Origin: Octopus vulgaris
Lineage: Eukaryota
Direction: 5' to 3'
Length of the DNA: 64,000 nucleotides
Assembly: GCA_951406725.2 (NCBI GenBank)
Contig: OX597827.1
Coordinates: forward strand, 59,644,001 to 59,708,000
The notes beneath the pieces are model-generated. The model saw nothing but the letters and a program-made list of their open reading frames with translations. It was not told the DNA's origin and ran no database searches. Both the position numbers and the translations under genes were made by a program. Shown here piece by piece: positions 56,031-64,000 of this stretch (positions are counted from its first letter, which is position 1; each line of letters opens with the position of its first letter).

Positions 56031-56285
56031 TGCGACTATGTATGTGTGTGAGTATGTATGTATGTCAGTGTGTGTGTACATACGTATATATACATATGTA
56101 TGTAGGTAGGCAGATACATGTGTGCATGTGTGCGTGCGTGCGTGTGAATGTGAGTGAGTGAGTGTCATGCACACACGCAAACATACAACGGTTGTTTTGA
56201 AACAGCATGAAAAGAAATTACTTTCAGAGAAAGATAGGAAGAGTGAAAGAGAATGAGAGAGAGAGAGAGAGGAAGGGAGTAAGAG

Positions 56286-56336
<51 letters not shown>

Positions 56337-56640
56337 GGAGAGAGAGGTGGGGTGAGTAGAAGAAAATAAATTTTCGAACGAGAACGGAATCACCGATTAG
56401 CATTGATGTTGTTTCACTTTGAAGTCGAAAAGAAAACATTTAGCAACCATCATTGACTTTAACGATATAATAATACCCTGATGACAGCGACGAGGCCATA
56501 TTGCGATATTTCGTTTATACCACATAGAACAACAGCCAGCAGAGTTGTTATATGATTATTCTCATTATTATTATTATTTTTATTGTTATTATTATCATTA
56601 TTATCATTATTATTATTATTGTTATTATTATTATTGTCAT

Positions 56641-56687
<47 letters not shown>

Positions 56688-57166
56688 TCATCAATGTTTT
56701 TTATTACTATCATCATCATCGCCTTCGTCTTCCTCATCATCATCATCATCATCGTCGTCATCATCATCAACATCGTCGTCGTCGTCATCATCATCATCAA
56801 CATCATCGTCGTTGTCATCATCATCATCAACATCGTCATCATCATCATCATCATCATCATCAACATCGTCATCATCATCATCATCATCATCATCATCGTC
56901 GTCGTCGTTGTCATCGTCGTCATCATCATCATCATCATCAACATCGTCGTCGTCGTCATCATCATCATCATCAACATCGTCGTCGTCATCATCATCATCA
57001 TCATTTTATTATCATTATTGCTCCTGCTGCTACTGTTCTATTTATTGTTGTCGCTGTTTCCATGTTTACATTTTGTGCTTTCCTCTGGGGCACTTTGTGA
57101 ATCTTCCTTCCTTTCTTTCTTCCTTCCTTCCTTCCTTTCTTCCTTTCTTTTTTCCTTACTTCCTTC

Positions 57167-57225
<59 letters not shown>

Positions 57226-57441
57226 GCCTTCTTTCTTTCTTGCTTTGTTCTTTTGAATTTCGTATGAAGTTTATTAAATCTTTCTTATTTGTTCTCCGTT
57301 AGGAAAATAGTGTGTTGTGTTTCATTTTCGCTTATCTTGCAACTAGGCTGATTACTTATGCACCACACGTACATATTTATTCAAACAATCATATCACTGC
57401 GTATATACAGAGATAAATCGCACACACACACTTCCACACCA

Positions 57442-57516
<75 letters not shown>

Positions 57517-57793
57517 ATAATGTCCTAGGATTAGAAGAAAATTCGTTACAATAGGCCTCGTGTTTCCCTCTATGCGGATTTGTGAAACGAATGACAAGCT
57601 CGTTTAGAGCGAAACATGTGGCCGACTATAACGACTATTAGTCTAATGTAATATAGGATTTTATCCTCGACTCTTTAAACCGCCATGAGTCTTTTATTTG
57701 AAAGTGGTTTCTTTATAATAAAACATTTTTTCTCTCTCTTTCCCCTCTTTCTCTCTTTCACACACACACACACATACATACATACATACATAT

Positions 57794-57842
<49 letters not shown>

Positions 57843-58494
57843 TGTATGTATGTATCAGGAGATAAACAGATAGATAGGTAAATAGATAAATTGATAGATA
57901 GATAGAGAGAGAGAGGGGGTAGAGGGGAAGAGAGAGAAAACGATTATTAACTCAATTCGACAGTGAGGTCCTGAATGACATACTTAAAATAATTCTTAAG
58001 GAATGAGCTGAAATTTACTTCTGATGTCAATGAAGAAACAAAACCCTAGTGGAATTTGGCTGTAACTCTCTTATAAAAAAAAGGGAGATAATTTCAAAAA
58101 ATTAAAAAACGATTTCACAGAAAATTTAATTCTCTCGCTAATTAGGTGTAACGCTTTTTAAATGTTGAAAACGAATAACACAGTTAATATTTTCCTATAG
58201 ATGTTATTTAATTCCAATTTTCAAATGACCCTTGTCAAATATATGTGAGTTCCCAATGAAGCTTACAATATCAAATTTCCTCAACAGAACAGTTTTTTCT
58301 ACCAACCTTATAATTCCGACCATATAATTCCTGGTTCAACCAACCTTATAATCAAGATAAAATTGCATCGTTTATTTATTCGAACTAATAATGTACAACA
58401 ACATTTGATGGAGTTCATTCGGAAATGAATACTTAAATTTATAGCTTATTGATGTTCTTATAATGATTCTGTTTATTATCCAATACCAATATAG

Positions 58495-58935
58495 GTCAGC
58501 GAACCGACAGAATTCTTAGCACACAGGACGAAATGCTTTGCAACACTCCACCCTTCTTCACATTTTGAATTCATATTTAAATTCAAATTCCGCCTTTTCA
58601 GCCTTTCCGGGGTCGACAAAAATAAGTACCAGTGGAGCACTGGGGTCGGTGTAATCGACTTCCCTTTTCCCTCCAAAAATGGTGTCCTTGAGCCAAAATT
58701 TGAAACCATTAGATACCAACAAAAGGCGGCGAGCTGGCAGAATCGTTAGCACGCTGGACGAAATGCTTGGCGGTATTTTGCTCGTCGCTACGTTCTGAGT
58801 TCAAATTCTCGCCGGGGTCGACTTTGCCTTTCATCCTTTCGGGGTCGATAAATACCAGTGAAAAACTGGGTTGTGAAATCGACTAGTCCCCTCCCACAAC
58901 ATTTCAGGCCTTGTGCCTATTGTAGAAAGGATTAT
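58495..58935 (+). mobile_element. Two tandem SINE family A copies
   Basis: 58495-58710 is diverged; 58722-58935 is close to consensus. Confidence 0.85.
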
Positions 58936-59114
58936 TATCATTATGAAGGGCGGGGGCCTGGTAAAATCGTCAGCATGTCGGGGCAGAATGTTGCGATCTC
59001 GATCACTTCTACTTGGAAACCGAGTACCAGGCTTTATGAATCCTAAGGCTCACAAAATAAATACAGCAATCCCACGACTATTGCCGATGTTGCGTTCCAA
59101 AACCCCTCGCGATA

Positions 59115-59424
59115 ACTCTTTACTCTCTTTTACTCATTTCTGTCATTTGACTGTGGCCATACTGGAGCACCGCCTTTAGTCGAGCAAATCGACCCCAGGA
59201 CTTATTCTTTGTAAGCCTAGTACTTATTCTATCGGTCTCTTTATATATATATATATATACGACGGGCTTCTTTCAGTTTCCCTCTACTAAATCCACTCAC
59301 AAGATTTTGGTCGGCCCGAGGTTATAGTAGAAGTAACTTGCCCAAGGTGCCACGCAGGGGGACTGAAACCGGTATCATGTGGTTCGTAAGCAAGCTACTT
59401 ACCACACACCCACTTCTACGCCTA
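59115..59424 (-). mobile_element. SINE family B with internal deletion
   Basis: Head and tail blocks are present; the central caaccgatgctggtg block is missing. Confidence 0.85.
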
Positions 59425-60962
59425 AGTAATTTTTAAAATTATTTTTATAATTTGTATATATTTATTTTATTATAAATGCAAAACAATACCACAGAGAAAT
59501 CGACTTAAGCTTAAATAATAAACCGCGATATGGGCGAGGGATTACTGTAATAATAAAACAATTAGATAAACCTCTAATAATACGCCTTGTAGCTGGAGTT
59601 ATTTTTCGAAGATATTTTGGAAGAGTCGTTTTCGTCAAAGGAAAAGAGCACCCGCACAACACATTTAAAAAAATATTTTCACTTTAAACGAAACAACAGA
59701 AAAAAATGACTTTGTGAAGGGGAAACTGCAGACATCTTAAGATCTATACCACCATGACCTCCACCAACATCATAATCACCGCCGCAACCAGCACAAACCT
59801 CGCTACCGCCATTTTAGCTACTACGACCATCACCACTATCATCGCCACCACCATAATCGTCACCACCACCACCACCATCCTCATTTCACCAATACATACA
59901 ATCACATTCCATTATCTATTTATTCTATGAGTCTCCGTAATAGACCTCGATATGTTAAAAACAGCAGCTAAATATCTTCAGATAACATCCCCCCATCTTC
60001 TTCGCATAAAAAAGAAAAAACAAAAACACAAACATGTTGGATAACGTGTTCCAGGGTTTTCTGTACGTAGTTAAAAACAGACAAGATGGTCACGGGAGGT
60101 GTGTCTTTGATCACGGATCTGCTCGACAAAGGGCTACCCTGGAGCTACGCAACAACAATCATAACAACAGCAACAGAGGCACATCTATTACCCTTCGTTT
60201 ACGACACCACCAGCATCAGCATCATCATCATCATCACCACCACCACTACCATCAACACTACAATCATGACCAATAACAACAAGAACAATACCGCTAGACG
60301 GCACCACCGCCAACGTCTACCACGTGATAGTAAGCCATCACTGTGAAATTAATTACCATATCGAGAAACCAGCCTGCAGACTGTATCACAGACGACCGGC
60401 AACAACTGGAACAGAAGGCCGGCAGATCAAATCAACACGTTTAAGAATAGGCGTGAGGGGAGGGAGTGACGAGTGGGCTGGGATATGTGGGGTGGGGATG
60501 GGGGGGTCATATGGGTTGGTTGGTTGGTAGGAGGGGGTGTTGGTAGTGATAAGGATAGGGATTACGTAAGGGAATGTTGTTCTAGTTCCAGTTGCTGATG
60601 TTGATGATGATGGAAACGGTGGTGGTGGTGGTAGTGATGGTGACACAAGGTACAAAAAAAGGGCACAAAAGCGGCGAATGTTTAGGTGTGGTGGACGTTA
60701 TAACATAGAATAGCAGGACGAACAAACACACACGTATTTATTATATACGTACATACATACATACATGCATACGCACGCAGTCACACACACACACATATAC
60801 CAGAGTAAGCACATAAATGTGAAACAAGGTGGAAGAATAGTAGTCGAAAATTAAAGGTAGAGTAATACATATTTTATCAGTAAAGTTACAGACATCCCAA
60901 AAACTGTTACTCAGAGTTTCACGTTCCCGTTCGTCCGACAGTTTATATATATATATGTATAT

Positions 60963-61164
60963 AGTCAATCCAAACATGAACAAGCAAGAAAAAACAACAA
61001 CGCCAGGACGTGGAATAAGAACTGTGTTATTGGACGCTCAAGAAAGGAAAGAAAAGAAAGAGGATTTAACGTTTCGAGCGGAGCTCTTCATCAGAAATAT
61101 AGAAAAAGTCCAAAGAAGGGAAGACGGTTAAAGAAAATCGCCAACGATACACACGCGGTCACAT
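60963..61164 (-). mobile_element. Hammerhead-bearing element copy E (ribozyme 61064-61098, canonical core)
   Basis: ATTT CTGATGA A GAGC-TCC-GCTC GAAAC GTT AAAT, lying between (TA)n and (TG)n. Confidence 0.85.
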
Positions 61165-61207
61165 GTGTGTGTGTGTGTGTACCTCTATATACTCCATTCA
61201 TACATAC

Positions 61208-61247
<40 letters not shown>

Positions 61248-61474
61248 TTATAAAGTATATACATCCCACCAGGGATGAGGTTTTTTTTTAAGGTGGTGCT
61301 CCAGCATGGCCACAGTCAAATGACTGAAACAAGTAAAAGAATAAAAGAGATACATACACACACACAAACACACACACACATATATAATCCAATGGAATTC
61401 TGGTCTTGTAATCACCTCTACTGGTATTAAACATCTTGTCTGACGCTCTGCCAATTATATGCATGAGTAAACAA

Positions 61475-61802
61475 CTGGTACTTCCTCGGTTACGGCGAGG
61501 AGTATTTCAGTTGATCCGATAAACGGGACGGCCTGTCTGTGAAATTAACGTGCAAATGGCTGAGCACTCCACAGACACGCATATCCTTAAAGTAATTCGC
61601 TGAGAGACTAAGTGTGACACAGATGTACCCTTGAAATACAGGTGGCTCTTTGAAATACAGGTACAGCTCATTTTTGCCAGTTGAGCGGACAGGAACAACG
61701 TGAAATAAGTTGTCTTGCTGAAGGACGCAACGCGCCGCCGGTAATCGAACTCATGATCTTATGGTCGTGATCCAAGTATCCAAACCACTAAGCCACGCAC
61801 CT
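61475..61802 (-). mobile_element. tRNA-derived SINE family D
   Basis: Minus strand gtggcttagtggtt (A-box), gagttcgattacc (B-box), cttcagcaagacaacttatttcacgttg CORE-like block. A related head lies at 62320-62470. Confidence 0.8.
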
Positions 61803-61843
61803 TTACGACACGAGTAAAACGTTACCGAATTACAGACATATAT

Positions 61844-62150
61844 TGTTGTTGTTTTTGTTTGCTCCTTCTCGAGCCATGCCTGGCTCACAAGGGCCGGTTT
61901 CCCGGTTTCCTTGGCATATAGGTTCCCCACCTGGACGGGACGCCGGTCCGTCGCAGGTGAGCTGCAAAATGCAGGAGGAAAGAGTGAGAGAAAGTTGTGG
62001 CGAAGGAGTCAACAGAAATTCGCCATTACCTTCTGCCAGAGCCGTGTAGAGCTTAGGTGTTTCGCTCATAAACAGACACATCGCCTGGTTTGCGATTCGA
62101 ACCTGCGATCCCTCGACCGCGAGTCCGCTGCTCTAACCACTAGGCCATGT
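61844..62150 (-). mobile_element. SINE family C
   Basis: Reverse complement of 36368-36670. Confidence 0.88.
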
Positions 62151-62932
62151 ACATCAACACAGACCTGCATAAAAGAAAACAAGTCTCCAATTTTTTTCTC
62201 ATCTGCTGCAATCATTACGGCAATAGAGTTCCATGACGAGTCATAGAGACTCATAGAGCCGGTTTTCCGGATTTTATGGTTCCTGTACACTTCCTTGGAC
62301 AGAATACCGGTCCGTCGCAGGAGTACTCATTTTTGCCAGCTTAGTGGACTTGAGCAACATGAAATGAAGTGTTTTGCTCAAGAACACAAATGCGTCACTC
62401 AGTCCAGGAATCGAAACCACAATCTTACAATCATGAGTCCAACATACTAACCACCGAACTACGCGTCCCACATTAGAAAAGTAGAAAATATAATTATTTA
62501 AAAAATGTAGTCTGAAATAACTCTCTCTACTATAGCTGCAAAGTCTGAAATTTTTGCGGGTAAGGTGACACTCGACTATATTGCCCCCCCCCCCAGTATT
62601 CAACTGTTACTGATTTAATCGACATCGGAAGCATACAAAGCGAAGTCAACCTCAGCGGCATTTGAAATCAAAACTTAAAACTGGAAGAAATGCAACTAAG
62701 CATTCTATTCGGCGCGATAAAGATTCTTCCAGATCGTAGCATTTATACAGTCTGATATAATGATATCCGGACGTAGGATTGAAATTATGAAATTAATGAA
62801 GTTGGTACGGAAGTTGTGGTGAAAATGAAAGTTCTGGAAATTAACAGGAGTAGAAATGCTACATAGCTAAGTAAAAAATACCGGTTTATATATGTAAGTA
62901 TATCTCTCTCCTCTCCCTTTCTCTCTCACTAT

Positions 62933-62979
<47 letters not shown>

Positions 62980-63514
62980 GTGTGTGCATATAACTCGGAG
63001 GATGTACAACTCTGCAGTCTCTCATTACTTCCTCTCCCTTCAGCATTTTTCTGAAGAACATATTGTTCGAAACGTTGAATTTTTCAACCAGCACGACATT
63101 TTTTACTGGAATTTTTTATCGATTATACTACATAATGTAATTCTTGCACACGCAGACCAGTATCAGCTTCTTCAGGGTCTGTTTACTGACACACACACAC
63201 ACACATGTTAAAATACGGCATATATATATATATATAAATATTATTATTTCTAAATCTCTCTAAAGGAGAATACGGCAGCAGTACTGGATATTAATAGTTA
63301 TCGCCAAGCTAACATGACAGCCCAGAAAAATAGGACGAATGCTACCTTTGATTAGCTCCAAGAGGCCATCGCTCGCCTCTAGCTGGCTTTGTGACACACA
63401 AACCTGTGCCCGTTACATTCTTCGAACAGGAACAAGAGGAAAATAAAAACAAAATCGGAAGCCCTCTGCCACAGACAGGAAAAAGAAAGGCAATAATGAT
63501 ATTGTTGTACTTAC

Positions 63515-63586
63515 AGCACTTGTAGGTTACTCAATCCTTCGAAGTCAGTCCGACGTATAATGGTAATGTTGTTGCCCTTAAGATCC
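63515..63586 (-). CDS. slit: Slit LRR exon (72 bp, phase 2/2), encodes (L)DLKGNNITIIRRTDFEGLSNLQVL; corresponds to Slit exon 2
   Basis: Minus strand reads pyrimidine-rich ...ttctcttccatcAG|G GAT CTT AAG GGC AAC AAC...CAA GTG CT|GTAAGT. Exactly 72 bp, i.e. one 24-aa LRR. The peptide aligns without gaps to recalled human SLIT2 [24 protein letters not shown]. Confidence 0.93.
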
Positions 63587-63689
63587 CTGATGGAAGAGAA
63601 ACAAAAGAAAGGGGTGAGATGTGAGTTTGACTGACGGATTAGAAAATATAATAGTAATAATAAAAGCAGCAGCAACAACAACAATAATA

Positions 63690-63900
63690 ATGGTTTCACA
63701 TTTTGGCACAAGGCCAGCAATCCCGGTGTAGGGGATAAATCGATTACATTGAACTCCTACCATCCCCCCCCCCAGTGTTCAACTAGTACTTATTATACTG
63801 ACCCCGAGCGGATGAGAATTAAAGTCGACTTGGGCGGAATTTGAACTCAGAACGTAAAGACGGACGAAATGCCGCTAAGCATTTTGCCCGGCGTACTAAC

Positions 63901-63902
<2 letters not shown>
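63690..63902 (-). mobile_element. SINE family A, ~100 bp upstream of the slit exon acceptor
   Basis: aaagtcgacttgggcggaatttgaactcagaacgtaaagacggacgaaatgccgctaagcattttgcccggcg. Confidence 0.88.
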
Positions 63903-63949
<47 letters not shown>

Positions 63950-64000
63950 GTGGTGTGTGATGATGATGATGATGACGATGATGACGATGACGATGATGAC

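Noticed and set aside
56459-57302. Overlapping 180-240-aa ORFs in several frames
   Set aside because: Triplet repeats (TAT/TAC/CAT/CGT) and (TTTC)n.

Overview
Eukaryotic, extremely microsatellite- and SINE-rich DNA whose repeat families look like those of an Octopus genome (inferred from recalled repeat families, not from a database search). The only protein-coding sequence I can support is two 72-bp, phase-2 LRR exons on the minus strand (63586-63515 and 10986-10915). They splice in frame and match consecutive exons of the first LRR domain of Slit, and are separated by a 52,528-bp intron. Almost all listed ORFs are microsatellite artefacts. The introns hold at least four tRNA-like SINE families, RTE and Tx1/L1 LINE 3' fragments, a Tc1 (DD34E-type) and a DD37D (maT-type) transposase relic, several TA-flanked MITEs (one with internal TTAGGG repeats) and a Helitron-like element. 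The most notable signal is about ten type-I hammerhead ribozyme motifs in short elements inserted at (TA)n tracts. These include a ~200-bp family whose helix I co-varies between copies, and two near-intact ribozymes in Slit-sense orientation. They occur with inverted-terminus and fold-back structures typical of Penelope-like or retrozyme mobilisation. All structures were read by eye and need computational and experimental confirmation.
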